From Eledone cirrhosa (lineage: Eukaryota): a DNA stretch of 64,000 nucleotides. Both the position numbers and the translations under genes were made by a program. Where the stretch lies: the NCBI GenBank assembly GCA_964016885.1, contig OZ024740.1:386818001-386882000 (forward strand), read 5' to 3'. This document shows, one piece after another, positions 37,433-51,640 of this stretch (the stretch's first letter is position 1; every line of letters begins with the position of its first letter). The notes beneath the pieces are model-generated. The model did no database searches, had not been told where the DNA came from, and saw only the letters and a program-made list of their open reading frames with translations.

Positions 37433-37830
37433 TCATCATCATCAGCATCATCATTTCATTTTACGTCCGCTTTTTCCCTGCTTGCAAGGGTGGGACGGGA
37501 ACTGGTTCTGGCTTGATTTCTACAGCTGGATGCCCTTCCTAACACCAACCTCATTTACAGTGAGTGCTGGGTGCTTTTATTCCGTGGTGCCTACACATCC
37601 ACTTTACAGTGTGGGCTGGGTGCTTTTTTGCCGTGGCACCTCCACGTCCACTTTGCAGTGGAATGATAGGGACCCCAGTCCTTATCATCTCATTTCTGCA
37701 GCTGAGTAAACTGGAGCAATGTGAAATAAAGGGTCTTGCTCAAGGAAACAACACATCACCCAGTCTGAGAATTGAACTCACAACCTTTCGATTTCAAGGC
37801 CAATGCTCTAACCACTAAGCCATGTGCCTC
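37433..37830 (-). mobile_element. SINE family B, copy 4, with an extra internal repeat unit
   Basis: As above. Abuts the tail of the RTE at 37833. Confidence 0.88.
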
Positions 37831-37832
37831 TT

Positions 37833-40225
37833 TATCATCATCATCATCATCATCATCATCACCACCGTTTTACATCCGTTCTTCCACGCTAGCATGGGTT
37901 AGACGGGTTGTCCTGTTGTGGGCAGTGTCTGGTCGGCTGACCATGCCTTGCTCATACAGGAACTGATTTGGCTTGATTTCTACAGCAGGATGCCCTTCCT
38001 AACACCAACCTCATTTACAGTGAGTGCTGGGTGCTTTTTCGTGGCGCCTACACATCCACTTTACAGTGTAGGCTGGGTGCTTTTTTGCCGTGGCACCTCC
38101 ACGACCACCTTGCAGTGGGAGGGTGTGGGGGCATATTGTCTATATGCTTCAGCTTGTACCCATGGGAGGTCGGGTACTCTGTATTACTGCGTGACGCCAG
38201 AGGTCACTGTTGTGTGTCATCGCCTTTGAGAGGTGTAATTGGGTAAGGTCGGCTTTTATCACCTCATCCCAGGTCATCTTGGGTCTCCTCACTCCGCGGT
38301 TTCCATCAACTTCTAGTGCTCTGCACCTTTTTATGCAGCTGTCATCCTTCATACGCATCACATGTCCATACCAACGCAACCGCCTCTCCTGCACACAGCA
38401 TTTGATTCCTCTTATGCTCAGTCTCTCTCTCAATTCATTTATGCTTTGTCGTTCGCGTATATTACTATTACACATCCATCGGAGCATGCAGGCTTCGTTT
38501 CTCTCTAATCTACGTAAGTCTTCCACCTTCAGCGCCCAGGTCTCACTACCATGCAACATCGCTATTCGGATACACGCATCATACAGTCTGCCTTTCATTT
38601 TGAGGGAGAAGCCTTTTGCAGCTAGCAGTTCCCTAAACTTCTTCCATCCCATTCTTACCCTAGTTATTGTACTTTCTGAACACCCACCTCCGCTGCTAAT
38701 TCAGTCACCTAGGTAGCAGAAGCTGTCTACTGTTTCTACAGAGCCCTCCCAGAGATTGGTGGTACTTGTTTTCTGTGGCTGTTTGCTACTTGCTGTCCCA
38801 GTACAGCTGCTGCATGTGAAGCCTACATTCTTAATTAAGCTTCCTGAGATCCCACTACATCTCTTGTGTACCCATCGTTTGCATTTGGGGAAGAGAATGG
38901 AGTTCCTACCTACACCTTTCCTACATACTGAGCAAGGCCATTTCCCTGAGGGGATCTGGGTTCTGTTTTCTCATCTACTTACAAGGACCTTAGTCTTTGT
39001 CATGTTGACTTTGAGACCCTTTCTTTCTAGTCCCTGCTTCCAAGTTTGGAATTTATTCTCTAGTTCTACCATAGATTCAGCTATAATTGCGAGGTCATCA
39101 GCATACAGGAGTTCCCATGGGCATCCGGTCTTAAACTCCTCCGTTATTGCCTGCAGGACTATGATGAACAGGAGAGGGCTAAGAACAGAGCCCTGGTGGA
39201 CCCCAACCTGTACGCTAAATTCCTCGCTATACTCATTGCTAATCCTAACTTTGCTGACTGCTCCCCTATACATGGCTTGTACAGCTTTCACAAGCCATTC
39301 ATCTACTCCTAGTTTTCTAAGAGCCCACCAGATTACAACACGCGGAACTCTGTCAAAGGCTTTCTCGACGAATGCCAGGTAGAGTGGCTTACTTTTAGCT
39401 AGGTACTTTTCCTGTAACTGCCTTACAAGGAAGAGGGCATCAGTGGTGCCTCTTCCTGGTACAACCCCAAATTGCATTTCATCTAGTTTCATCCGGTCCC
39501 TAATCAACTGTACTATAACTCTTTCTGTTACTTTTATGACCTGGTCCATCAGCTTTATACCTCTATAGTTTCCTCTATCGAGTGCATCACCTTTACCTTT
39601 GTTGCAGTTGACAATGATGCTACTGCACCAATCTTTTGGTATGACACCTAGTATTACCTGGTTAACAATACGTGTGGTTATAGTGTGACCTACAGAGCCA
39701 GATGCCTTCAGCATCTCGGCAGCTATACCCGATGGACCGGTTGCCTTCCCCATCTTCATATCTTTGATTGCCTTACTTATTATGCTGCTGCTGACTTGTA
39801 CTGCTGGCCCCTCTATAGGGTCTTCTTCCCATGCATTCTCCTCATTTAGTAATCTATCATAATGACTCTTCCATGCATCTTTCTTCTCAGCACTTGTGAG
39901 GGCAAGCTCACCTTTATCATTCCGGATACACTTCTCTCCAATGACATCACAACTCGCTCTGACACACTGCCTCGCAATCTTGAACACCTCCTGTTTCTGG
40001 TCCTCACGTTGCAAAACATGCTTGAATTTTCTATCCTCTGCTTCCCTCCTAGCTAAGTATACTTGTCGCCTAGCTTCCCTCTTGGTCTCTATGTAATGTA
40101 CCCTGCTCCCCCCATTCTTCCATTCTTTCCATGCCTGTCTCTTGCCTCATCTACCTTATTGTTCCACCACCAAGTCACTCTCCTCCTGCTTGTGGTCTTA
40201 CTCCAGCCACAGACCTCATGTCGCC
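37833..40225 (-). mobile_element. 5'-truncated RTE LINE, subfamily B
   Basis: ORFs 38971-40014 and 38149-38652; 3' UTR matches 19800-20097. Confidence 0.94.
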
Positions 40226-40250
40226 TCTAGTAAGTTATTTTTATATATAT

Positions 40251-40255
40251 ATAAT

Positions 40256-40291
<36 letters not shown>

Positions 40292-42377
40292 TAAATATTG
40301 TGTACAGTGCTCAGGTGCACTACAACTCATCAAAAAGTGTATGTATAGTACATAGGGTAATGTACAAACGTCAGGAAAATGAACAGTGCATGAGTCATGA
40401 TATACACGTGTGCATGTGTATGGAAGGGGTACATCAGGTGTAATTTTGGCGAATTTCGGGAAGCATGAGGGTTTTAAAGGATGCAGTGTCTCAGCAGCTA
40501 ACAACTGACGCAGGCAGTTTGTTCCATGCTTCAGCAACTCTGAGCGTGAAAAAATGTTTCCGAAAGTCATGGGAGCTGTGCTGTTTTCTGATTTTGTAGG
40601 CATGTCCACATGTGTTAGACACATGGAGATCAAAAAGGTGCTCAGGGTTGTTGGCGAGATGGTTAATAACTTTGTGGGTGTTTACCAAGTCCATTGCCAG
40701 ACGTCGGAGCTTCAATGAATCCATGCCCAGGGAAGCAAGGCGTTCAGAGTATGGTAGGTGTCTGATGTAGGGTATGCGCTTGGTTGCACGTCTCTGAACA
40801 GTTTCCAGGTCAATGTTCTGAGCAAGATAGGGGTTCCAGACTGATGATGCGAATTCCAAGTGTGGTCGTACCATAGCTATATACAGCTTTAAATAGATGG
40901 CTGGAGAACGGCTAACAAAGGTCTTGCTGAGTGATGCCAAGACACCCTCGGCCTTCTTGACAATCTTAGAGACATGCTTTGTCCAACGCAAATCGCTGCT
41001 GACAGTAATGCCCAGGTCACGTTCACAAGAGGACTTCTTGATATCAGTTTTATGGAGGGAGTATGTGGACGCTGGATTTTTCCTACCAAAATACAAGGTG
41101 GTACACTAGTCCACAGCCAGCTTCAGTTGCCAGTCTGTGATCCATTGCTGCATTGTGTCCAGGTCTGATTGTAGGAAAGAGTTGTAGATTTCAGGATCAG
41201 TCCTTTTGATTTCAAGGTACAGCTTTATGTCATCTGCATATTTCAGTACTGTGGCATTCTTTAAGTTGGCATCTATGTCATTAATATATGCCACAAACAA
41301 AAGGGGACCAAGGACAGATCCCTGTGGTACACCAGATGACATCTCATATGGTGAAGAATGCTGTCCTAGAACCATGACTACCTCTTTTCGGCTGAGAATG
41401 AAGGATTTCAACCAGTCGAAAAGATCATCCCTCACACCCATTGCAGAGAGTTTTGCCATAAGTCTTTTGTGTGGCACAGAATTAAAAGTCTTAGCAAAGT
41501 CAAGGTAAACAACATCCACCAATGAGCCACTGTCAGTGATCCGGGTAATGTCTTCAAGGAACTCGATAAGCTGATCACAGCAGCTGGAGTTAGGGATAAA
41601 TCCAAACTGCGAGGGCCGGATGAGGCTGTGAGAGCTCCAGAAGTTTCAAAGTTTTTCTCTGACACAGGATTCCATCAGTTTGGCAATACAGCTAGTAAGA
41701 CTGACTGGATGATAGTTGACAGGTGACATGCGGTCACCCTTTTTGAACAGGGGAATGACCCTGGCAGTTTTCCACTGCTCCGGAGTAGCACCATTGTTGA
41801 GACAGTATTGATAGAAGAAAGAAAGCTGGTGCAAAAAGAAGTACCCGCCATGTTTGAGAAGCAGGTATGTAACACCATCAAGACCAGGGGAGGCATAGTT
41901 GTGCTTATTCTTAAGGCGACGTCGCAACATTGCAGGTGTAAATTCCATAGTTGTTATGGAATTTGATGTTAGAGATGGTGGAGATGGTACATTCTGGTTT
42001 TCAACAGTAAAAATGCTTGCATAGCACTCAGCAATGAGTTCTGCGCATTCTTTGGGATCGTCAGTGATCTGGCTTGTGTGGGGATTGCGAAGAGGACCAA
42101 CTGGAGAGTGAGGTCTCTGCTTTGAATGAACATATTTCCAGAACACCTTACTGTCAGGATTGGTTGCTATGCACTGTTCAAATTCAAGCATTGCCTTTTT
42201 TGTCACTTGCTTGAGATGGTTGGAAGATTTATTCTGTTTTTTTCTGTTGGCATCTGATTTATGCAGTTTATATTCCCGTTCAGCGTTCCGACGTTCTTTC
42301 CTGGCAAGTCGAACCGCTGTAGTTTCCCAAATTGCACTTTTGGGGTGTTTTTTTTTCTGCTTACGTGGCACCATTGT
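40251..42377 (-). mobile_element. CR1-like LINE, 5'-truncated and frameshifted
   Basis: ORFs 41646-42374, 41106-41522 (YLDFAK, GVPQGSVLGP, YADD) and 40491-41096; (TAT)n tail at about 40251-40292. Confidence 0.92.
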
Positions 42378-43248
42378 TAAATTTTATTAAGACAAGTTAT
42401 GTTGCAGTCAATCCCCTGTAACACCCAACCCCCACCAAAATACATTGGTGATTCTGTTTTAGAAATTATTACAAGTGAAGTCATCATCATTGGTGTTGTA
42501 GATTGGTAAAAGAAGACCGAAACATTATGGAATGGACCATGGACCTCTGTTGACTTCAATAATGAGTGGGTCCAGTTGTTCAAACAATGGAATGGTCTGC
42601 TTATGAAGTTAATGTGCAAGTGGCTGAGAATCTCACAGACAGGTGTACCCTTAATATGATTTTGAGGGAGATTCAGTGTGACACTGTGTGACAAGGTGGT
42701 CCCTTTCAATTACAAGTACAGTCCATCCAATCAGCTTCCAAACAGTTTCCTTCTATTCAATTTCATTCACAAAGATTAGGTCTACCAAGGCTGTGATAAT
42801 TGACACCCAAGATACCCCACCAGGGGATTGAACACAGACAGTTATGATAACAAAGTGAACTTCTGAACAATTTGACCATGCTGTGGCCAATGGGCTGAAT
42901 TAGCAGAATGTTGAACTGTTTAAGTTTTAGTAACATCACTCTGCGAAGTGTTTTCAATTTACATTGAATCAATTTTTTTTTCATATATTGTTATAGCCTC
43001 CTAAATTTGTGACCCCAGTTCCCTGTTCAACTCTCGATAATTAAGGACCTAGTTATCTATTGGAGTTAATTCAGTTGAAGAATACAATTCACTTCTCTAA
43101 AAACAAATTTGCCAAATCCTAGGTAATCCTTATTAGCAGTAGTAACATGATCTTTCATGTGTTCCACATGAAGGACAACTACTTACAACAACTAGTAAAT
43201 TTGAAGATATCTTTTGGAATAGTATAAATAGCCTAGTGTCACTAGTAA

Positions 43249-43634
43249 ATAATTGTTTCTACTTTAGGCACAAGGCCATCAATTACTCAGTACATTGCTG
43301 GTACTTTATTTTATCGGCCCCGTAAGGATGAAAGGCAAAGTTAACCTTGGCGGGATTTGAATTCAGGCCATAAAGGGACGTAACTATGCTAGAAAGCATG
43401 GCATCCAACCCTCTACCGATACTGCCAATTCACCGCCTTTTTAATAATTGTTTCTACTTTTTTGGCACAAGGCCAGCAATTATCCCAGTGTATTACTGGT
43501 ACTTTATTTTATTGACCCCGTAAGGATGAAAGGCAAAGTTAACCTCGGCGGGATCTGAACTCAGACCATAAAGGTCCGTAACTCTTTGCTGCAAAGCATA
43601 GCGTCCGACCCTCTACCGATACTGCCAATCCACC
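43249..43634 (-). mobile_element. Two tandem SINE family A copies (43249-43437 and 43443-43634)
   Basis: Direct repeat of the ~190-bp unit. Confidence 0.85.
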
Positions 43635-44562
43635 ACAGCAATACCTGCTGGCACTAGTAAATAATGACAACTGTGTAGTTGTGGGGTGAAATGTGAAGAT
43701 AGATTTCATATAATATGCATTCTGCATAATATATAAAGATGAGATGAGGTGATATATGTATTAGTTATTATTTTGTATCTTATTAGTTCTGCAACCCTGT
43801 TAGATCTTAGGGGTAGCATAGAAGATCAGAAAATGTTCAAATATTGATTCTAGTGAGTATTTATAGTTACCCACTGTACTTTTGAGATTAAGCATTAGAG
43901 CTGCTTCTTGTCATCTTCATCAGGACTACAGTGGAGTGTGAAGTAAGCACTGTAATTTAACAAAGCATTCCTCAATTATACAATACAGTATAGTATATGT
44001 ACACCATATTCATGTATGTTCTAAGTTTTTAGTATATGTACACCATATTCATGTATGTTCTAAGATGCAACTAAAAAGGAAGAGCATCTGACTGTAAAAC
44101 ATTGTCAAACCATCCTATCCAACCCATGCTAGCATGGAAAAGTGGACGTACAAATGATGATTACAACAGAGAGCTGTATTCAACAAAGCTACAGATAAAT
44201 GGATTGAGTCAAAAGGGGGTTGTATTTTGGTTATAGACACATCAGTGATGGTATAAGAATCAATCAATTCTTAAGCTGGAAGACTAATACTCCTATCAGC
44301 TCAGACATTTTAAATTCCACAGTAACAATAAAAAAAAACAAACAGATAATTACATAATTTCTGACATCATTACTTTTTTTATTTAAAAACTGAATTGATT
44401 TTGCCATATTGATGGAATTTTCCCAGTTTTCCAAATTATTTAGCAGCTATATATATAGCAGCTGCTTTTACAGCATGTAGTATGCTGAAATGGGATGGGT
44501 TGGTGCATTGTGATGTTGATTCAGTTGTGTGTACTCACATGTGTGGTCAATGTGGTGTAGAA

Positions 44563-44864
44563 CAGCGGTTGCCAACCAGTGGTCCAAGAGAAGATTTTGG
44601 TGGTCCACAGAAAAATTTGGACATTATTTGCAATTTTTATGTTTTATTAATAATAAGACAAAAATAATATTCGGGTAAAATATAATTTGTAACTCCCACT
44701 AAAAAATATTTTAATAGGTGCATTTCATATTAATAAAATGGAAGTTCTCCGGTCATTATTTTACAAAGGTATTCATCTTTTTTAAAAAATTCCTATTAGT
44801 GGTCCGTGGGATTAAAAATTATGAATTTAGTGGTCCGTGAGGTCCGTAAGGTTGGCGACCACTG
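44563..44864. mobile_element. hAT-type MITE
   Basis: TIRs cagcggttgccaacc / ggttggcgaccactg; perfect 8-bp TSD GTGTAGAA on both sides. Confidence 0.9.
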
Positions 44865-45163
44865 GTGTAGAATGTAGGCAAAAGAAGATCGGTATGTCTG
44901 ATACAGTGTGACCAGAGAAATACAGGTGTGCAAGTAAGTGAGTAGGTGTTTATTATAATGAATCACTTACCTTAGGTAAGTGATTCAAAAATAAAATTTA
45001 TTGACACAATAACACAAAGCCGCTATGTTACTAACTTATTAAATATAACTTTCGTTGGAGTTATATGACAATACATGAAGAACAAATAAACACAGTTGAA
45101 TTGTGTGATGTTGTGTATCAGGTATGATATGTATGCGTGTTTGCTGGTATTATTAAAAAATGT

Positions 45164-45357
45164 AGGGCGGTGGATTGGCAGTATTGGGAGAGGGTTGGAC
45201 GCCATGCTTTGACGTATAGAGTTACGGCCCTTGCCATTCTGAGTTCAAATCTCGCCGAGGTTAACTTTGCCTTTCATCCTTACGGGGTCAATAAAATAAA
45301 GTACCAGTAATGCACTGGGTAATTGCTGGCCTTGTGCCTAACGTAGAAACAATTATT
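45164..45357 (+). mobile_element. SINE family A
   Basis: Full unit from ggcggtggattggcag to gtagaaacaattatt. Confidence 0.85.
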
Positions 45358-45689
45358 AAAAAATGTATTTACCAAACTTCTGTCGATGTAACAAATTTTG
45401 TTAGCTTGACAGCAAGAGAGACCAAGAGAGAGAGACCCAAAGGGTTCTGTGTGTGACAGCCGACCACTACATCTTAGCTGGTCAGTAGTAACTCTGCAAC
45501 TGTCCGATTGACTGGGAGCAGCCTTTGTCCTCACAAAATGTAATCTCAAAAAATATCTAGTTGAGTTCTGTCTCTAGGCTAACTGGCATCAGTCTGAGAC
45601 AAAGAAAAACTGAACATCCATGTTGCTATAAAGGTCAGCATGTAGTCAATCTGACATTACCAAAAGTTCAAATTACTGCTACATATATA

Positions 45690-45859
45690 CAAGGTGTATC
45701 AAAAAGGCTATATTTTTTAAACAAATAACCATATAATTATGCAGTATCTAGTATAATATCTGAATTTTATTCTTTTTTTAAATTTTGTAAAGTTATTTAC
45801 ATATTGAGCATTTGTAAACACTGTAAATAAAATCAGATGAATATTTTCAAAACACCCTG
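45690..45859. mobile_element. Possible Tc1/mariner-type MITE
   Basis: TA-caaggtgt...acaccctg-TA with degenerate TIRs. Confidence 0.4.
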
Positions 45860-45909
45860 TATATTTTAATACCATAATGACAAAAAGGGGCATGATATGC
45901 ATCTGCTAC

Positions 45910-46100
45910 ACCCCATGGAGAAGATGGTGAAAGTGTTGCCAGCAATACCTGCTGCATCAGACAATCCACCTCACAGGATTCCTTTTTCATGCATGGTACT
46001 CTTATCTCAATTTGGTGGAGAAAAGAGACAATCTAGGGATTGAGGAAGCCGGAGGTCTCAATGGCAACCAGCACAAACTGTCTTGTACTACATTTAGGAA
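45910..46100 (-). mobile_element. CRE-like restriction-like endonuclease C-terminal relic
   Basis: Minus-strand translation FVLVAIETSGFLNP*IVSFLHQI, similar to F.P.AIET.G..G....FL. Confidence 0.5.
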
Positions 46101-46859
46101 CTGAACTATCTAATTTCTTTCTTTGTATTAAATATACCGCCATACCCCAATGTGATCTAACACTCTCTTATCATTGATTTCTTTCTTTTTTTTAAAAACA
46201 CAGTAGCATGTGGATTGCTGGAGATTTGATTGCTAATTCTAGCAGATCAAGCTGTCTGACTCAATAAGCATGAAAAGAAAACAACAGAAAAACATACTTC
46301 TACAACTAACATCAGTATCAATAACTTCATTAGTCTTAAATTTCGATAGGATGCACACCATCAATAAATGATAAGTATAAAGGAACAAGAACTATCACAC
46401 TCCTTCCAAGTCTACATTGTTCACACATCTACTAAGATTATCACATACATAAACAGGCTGCACAAAGACTGTGGGGCCTGGGCTATCAAACTGCACACTC
46501 TACACTGTCAAACCTGCCAACCTCTAAAAATCCAAACAAGGAGAACCATGAAAAAAAGTGTCCCAAAATGAGGAGAAATGAGGCAAAATGGGGAGATTTT
46601 ACAGAATGAAAACTATACCCATTTTAACAAGAGAAGACATCTCTCACCCACCCCAAAGTGGGTGGGAGATCTCCCCATCGGACAGGCAGAATTGGCAGGT
46701 CTGCACTGTATTGTCCTCCATAAGGAGAAATTGATATTTGGTTCCTACCTAGACACAAACCTATGTGAAATTGGCTTGTTTGATCAAGACCAATCAAAGG
46801 TAAAATAATTATAACTAAATACACAAGAAGCTGTACTGCCGAATTTAGGAACACTTTAT

Positions 46860-47300
46860 CAGAAGCTCTCGAATCTTCTCTAAATCATTATCTTGCGGAC
46901 GTTCTACCTGTCCAACACAAATGTGACACCATCCAGCACGAAAAAGTCACGGACAGCCTTGTGCATCTGCTTCCCTGTCTAGTGGTCAACTGGTACTCAG
47001 CTAGATAGCGACTGGCTCTGTACTGGTGGTTCGCTGAGGCTCGGTCTGCAAGCAGCACAAATGCTATTGCAGTTTTACACTAGACGGTTTTGGGCTCCGG
47101 TTATCATGATGTTAAAGATCGTAAGCTATCGAAGTACCGGTCACTCTCTAATAGGTTTTTCATCGAATCATTAATAGTGGAAACACCTAGCATCCTGGGC
47201 TTCCAAACTATTTCCTTACTTGCGAGAACGAGCCGCATGAGTTGGACTGACTCTTTTAGCACATCTCTCTTGTTATCCTCCTGAATAGCATATTCCCCAA
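46860..47300 (+). mobile_element. CRE-like C-terminal relic just upstream of CLNS1A
   Basis: DRKLSKYRSL..RFFIESLIVETPSILG matches the K..KY..L...F.P..VET.G..G motif. Confidence 0.55.
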
Positions 47301-47640
47301 CCTGTCCGCTGGGACCATGAAGCAACAATAAAATAGATACATTTGTATAGTGGAAGTGATGTGAAATATTTCAATGACCAAGTTTACTTACAATATTATC
47401 TGTTGAAAAATAAGATTAGAAATATTTAACTTAAACTGTCTTTAAAGAATTTATGTAGTTTGTTCAAGGGAGATAACCCTAAAGTCATATGAAACTAACA
47501 CGCAGTTTCGTCGCTTGATGGCGTTTAATTCGTCATTCCTGTTTTGTCTTCATTAGCAGAGAGGTCTTGTTATTTATTTAAAAGGTAAAAACGACCACCG
47601 AAAAAAAGTGAAAAAACGTTAACAGAGAAACCTATAAATC

Positions 47641-47759
47641 ATGGTGAAACTCACCAATTTCCCTCCACCAAATGAAGGCATTCATTGTGAACAGCCTGAT
47701 GTGGAAGTCTACGTTCAGAAAAAAACTCTTGGATTAGGTAAACTATATGTCGCTGAAAG
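47641..47759 (+). CDS. CLNS1A: CLNS1A/pICln coding exon 1 (MVKLTNFPPPNEGIHCEQPDVEVYVQKKTLGLGKLYVAE)
   Basis: ATG at 47641. The translation resembles the pICln N-terminus (FPPP.EG...QPD....LG.G.LY.AES). Donor AG|GTATAT, phase 2, joins exon 2 in frame. Confidence 0.92.
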
Positions 47760-48599
47760 GTATATTAAATATACAATAGTTTATATGTAAAATCGCTTTT
47801 ATTATATGGCGTTGTTTTCACATATATAATTATGCACCCAATTTTTCTCTCCTTTATAAACATATTGGATAATTTGGTTGTGTGTGTGTTCTCATAGTTC
47901 CATCTTGAAACTCGATTCCGATTTACGTTACCGAAATAGTTAAACCTCGTGTTCAATTCTCTTAAAATACTTGGTTTTGTTTTGATAGTTTCCAACAGTT
48001 TTTGTAGTAGTTTTATTTAAAAAAAATTTGAGTTGTTCCAATTAATAAACTATAATAATGAGACATTGACAAGTTAAATAGTATAACGTCGGTAGAAGTG
48101 AACGTATTTTTATGTAATTTTTCCCTCCACTTTTACCTTAGAAATTTACATAGGTTAATAGACGTATATTTAGAGACACTGATTTGCTATAAAGGTATTT
48201 ATATAATAATCTCTTCAGGTATTTGACAATTTCTGTCTGCTTCGCAACCACGTGTTTCTCGGTTCAAACCCCATTTACTTTTGATTTAACAACCTCTGGT
48301 GTTAATAAAACAATTATCAGTATTATCGTTCATCTTTCGATCGTAAACTCAAAAGTAAATATTAACAGAAACTAGAATAACAGAATACAATACAAACATA
48401 GACGTCGTAAAAATGTTTGAAGAAATAAACTGTTTCAAATATGTATATTTATATATTTAACAAAGATAGTATTGTTTGGTCCAGTATGCACGGTGCCACA
48501 GATGTCCTTTTTGGGAGTTACATGCAGGATTTCTTGTTTTGTCTCTTATAACAATCTGGTGAAGTCGTTAACGATATTAAATCAAACATTATTATATTC

Positions 48600-48698
48600 G
48601 TTACTTTGCCTTTCATCCTTACGGGGTCGATAAAATAAAGTACCAGTAATACACTGGGATAATTGCTGGCCTTGTGCCAAAAGTAGAAACAATTATTA
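48600..48698 (+). mobile_element. SINE family A, 3' half, in CLNS1A intron 1
   Basis: Matches the 3' half of 45164-45357. Confidence 0.8.
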
Positions 48699-50798
48699 TG
48701 TTCGTTACATATATATTTTATACTTATATATATATACATTTGAAGTATTTGTTGTTTCTTTCGTGTTTATATTTTATTTTTGTTTCTACTTTTATTTACT
48801 TTTGATTTTGCGGCCAGTGGTGTTAGTAATAAACTGACAGTTTTTTTATCTAATCAATTATGCAATTCTCCTATTACAAAAATACATCATACCGAGATAA
48901 AAGAAATATGTGGCGACATCCATCAATCATGTGAACTCTCTAGATAACTGAACAGACTCCCGGACAGCAGTATCTGCATTTCGTTTTCTCAATGAAGTTT
49001 CATACAACTAACTTCACATAACGACATCTAAACAAGTCGTTATAGTTTTAGTGATAGTCTAGACAGGCAATGTTTAACCCTAGGTCAGTTTGATATAGGA
49101 GACCTATCTCTAATCAAAGGTATTCTAGACATAACCGTTTCGTCATATATATCAGGCACAAATGAATCTTCCCTTTAAAGCCAGTATGGTTTAATATAAG
49201 CGAAATTTAACTAACTACAATTTCAGGAGGTTGTGTGACTGCAAAGATGCTTTCTTGTTGACATGATTCATTAGGATGTCTTGTACAAATTATTCCAAAC
49301 GGGTTAACTCATATATCATCATTCTTGTTTAACAACTGTTGCAAGTGACCACAATCTACATGCACCCATTGCATCTTTCATAATCCTGAGGTCGTGTGAT
49401 TACCCCTGGCTCTCTATTCCACTAATGCACTGCCATGCATTGTTACACCAAAAGGATGAAAGACAAAGTTGACCTCAATGGTATTTGAACTCCGAGCACT
49501 AAAAGCTGGAACAAATACCATAATATATTCTGACACTGTAAACTGTTATTCACATACAATCAACAAAGCAAATGGACAATAACAGTAAAAATCAATCAAA
49601 AAAGAAAAAAAAAGGCTCACATCATCAACATCACCATTTAACGTCCATTTTTCATGCTTGCATGGTTTAGATGGGTTGTCACATACTGAGACCAGACTAG
49701 TCAGGTGATTACATTCTGCTCACTGGCTCTATTTTTGGCTTCATTTCTACAGATGGTTAACACCAATCACTTTACAGCATGTACTGGGAACATTTTATCA
49801 TGAGTCTGGCACCACCTGCTGACAAGGTGGGCTGGGTGCTTTTTTTACAAGGCATCAGCACTACCACCTTTCCCTTAATTACATACTACAACAGAATACC
49901 TGGTGTTTCCCTCTAAAAAATGTAGAGGTAATTCAAAACACATCATTACTCCAGATGACTGTAATATTGAGGCACTGGGATAACTTAGCAACATCAGATC
50001 TCCAGAATAACTTCCTCCCATCAATTTTAAGCATTTTGCTAAGAGTCACATAAACTACCATTCCTCCTTTGTTTAAGTAATTTTCTTTAAAAAATGTTTC
50101 TAATTTGTATATTCATTGTCCCGCTTGTGCTACATTAGTTCTAAGAATCTCACAGAAAACTATACATCTAATATTACATAAAGCGTCCTTAACTCCTGAT
50201 GGAATCATATGAGTGCTATTGTGACACATGACATTGGGCATTTAAAACTTGGTGGAGCTCATTTCTCTCCGGGGCATAACATAGCCAGTATAGCATTTTG
50301 AGTATGTCTGTGAAATATATACATATACACCAAGTCCAAACACAAAGGAACCAAACTCCCCCGTCTCTCCAGCTCTCCCCATCTCTTACTATTATGAGCA
50401 AATAGGGGCCCACACGCTGGAAGCCCTGGCGGACAGAATAGTGAAGGCGTTTCTCTCGGGGATGGTGAGGGAAATGCGCTGGAAGAGCCATTCCAGCTCA
50501 CGAGGCTTCCAGAGAAAGAAACAGTCAGGAAGAATCAATCCCAATATTGGACTGGTGCTTCATTTAGTGATCTTGAAAGGATGAAAGGCAAAATGGACCT
50601 TGATGGGATTTAAATGCAGAGCACAGTGAATCAGAACAAATACTGAGGTATTTTTAATCTGATGCCCTAAAGACTCTGCCAATTCGTTGCCTTCTATCTA
50701 ATAATTAATTTAGCCAGTAAATAGACTTAATATACTAAACCAAACGTTTCTCTAATTGGCTATTTAGATAACAAATTCTTGTATTATTTATTTTTTAG

Positions 50799-50938
50799 TC
50801 GTCTTTCATGGGTTGGCTATGAAGATAACAAAGGTTTTTCCATTGAATATCCAGCAATATCAGTGCATGGAGTTTCTAAAGACCAGTCTAATTTTCCTCA
50901 TCCTTGTATTTATATGATCATCAACTGCCTTTTAGATG
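50799..50938 (+). CDS. CLNS1A: CLNS1A exon 2 (SRLSWVGYEDNKGFSIEYPAISVHGVSKDQSNFPHPCIYMIINCLLD)
   Basis: Acceptor ttttttAG and donor G|GTAAGT. Contains the pICln signature RLSW...GFS.EYP.IS.H..S.D. Confidence 0.95.
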
Positions 50939-51254
50939 GTAAGTACCTGTTATTTATTAATTCTAATTAATTTAATTGTTTAAACCTTTTGACACCAACC
51001 TGCCAAAATCTGTTTCTGATTCTATGAAACAAAACCACCCATTTTAAAGTGTTCCTATTTAAATTAAAATCTTCAAACATAATTTGATAAATGAATCTTT
51101 TGTTAAGTTATATTAAAATGCTACCTAAATGAAATAATTATAGTAAACCCCTCCAAAATCTTAATTAATTCAAACACAGTGCATTTCATTAGTAGCCCTC
51201 TACCCTGTAAAACATTGTTTAGAATAATTGAGTATATCCTAGAAGATAATACAA

Positions 51255-51640
51255 TACCATGTGTATGTATCTCTTTATGTATTAATAAAAACCTTGAAAA
51301 AAGAATAAATGGATGTTACATGAGACTCCTGGGACACTCTTTCAATATATCCTGGCGACAGAGATTCACAGATGGAGAACTGTATCTGGATAGTCCTCCC
51401 GCGTCAGATATTGTTAATCTAAGAAAGATACGTTTTGCAGGACATTGTTACAGGGCAAAAAACGAGTGTGTGTCAGCAGTGTTCTTTTATGGAAGCCTGT
51501 GTACAGTCATAGCAGTAGAGGTCACCCTGCAACAAAGTATCTGGATATGCTATGTGCTGACACGAGGGGAAATTTAACTGATCTTGGAGTGATAATCCTA
51601 GATAGAGACAAATGGAAAGAGTACTGTTCATTGGATTGAG
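51255..51640 (+). mobile_element. RTE-X-like LINE 3' relic in CLNS1A intron 2
   Basis: LEKRINGCYMRLL...NISWRQ...ELY...IRFAGHCYR in ORF 51179-51577. Confidence 0.7.

Noticed and set aside
50779-50970. 63-aa ORF as a stand-alone gene
   Set aside because: It is CLNS1A exon 2 plus intronic flanks.
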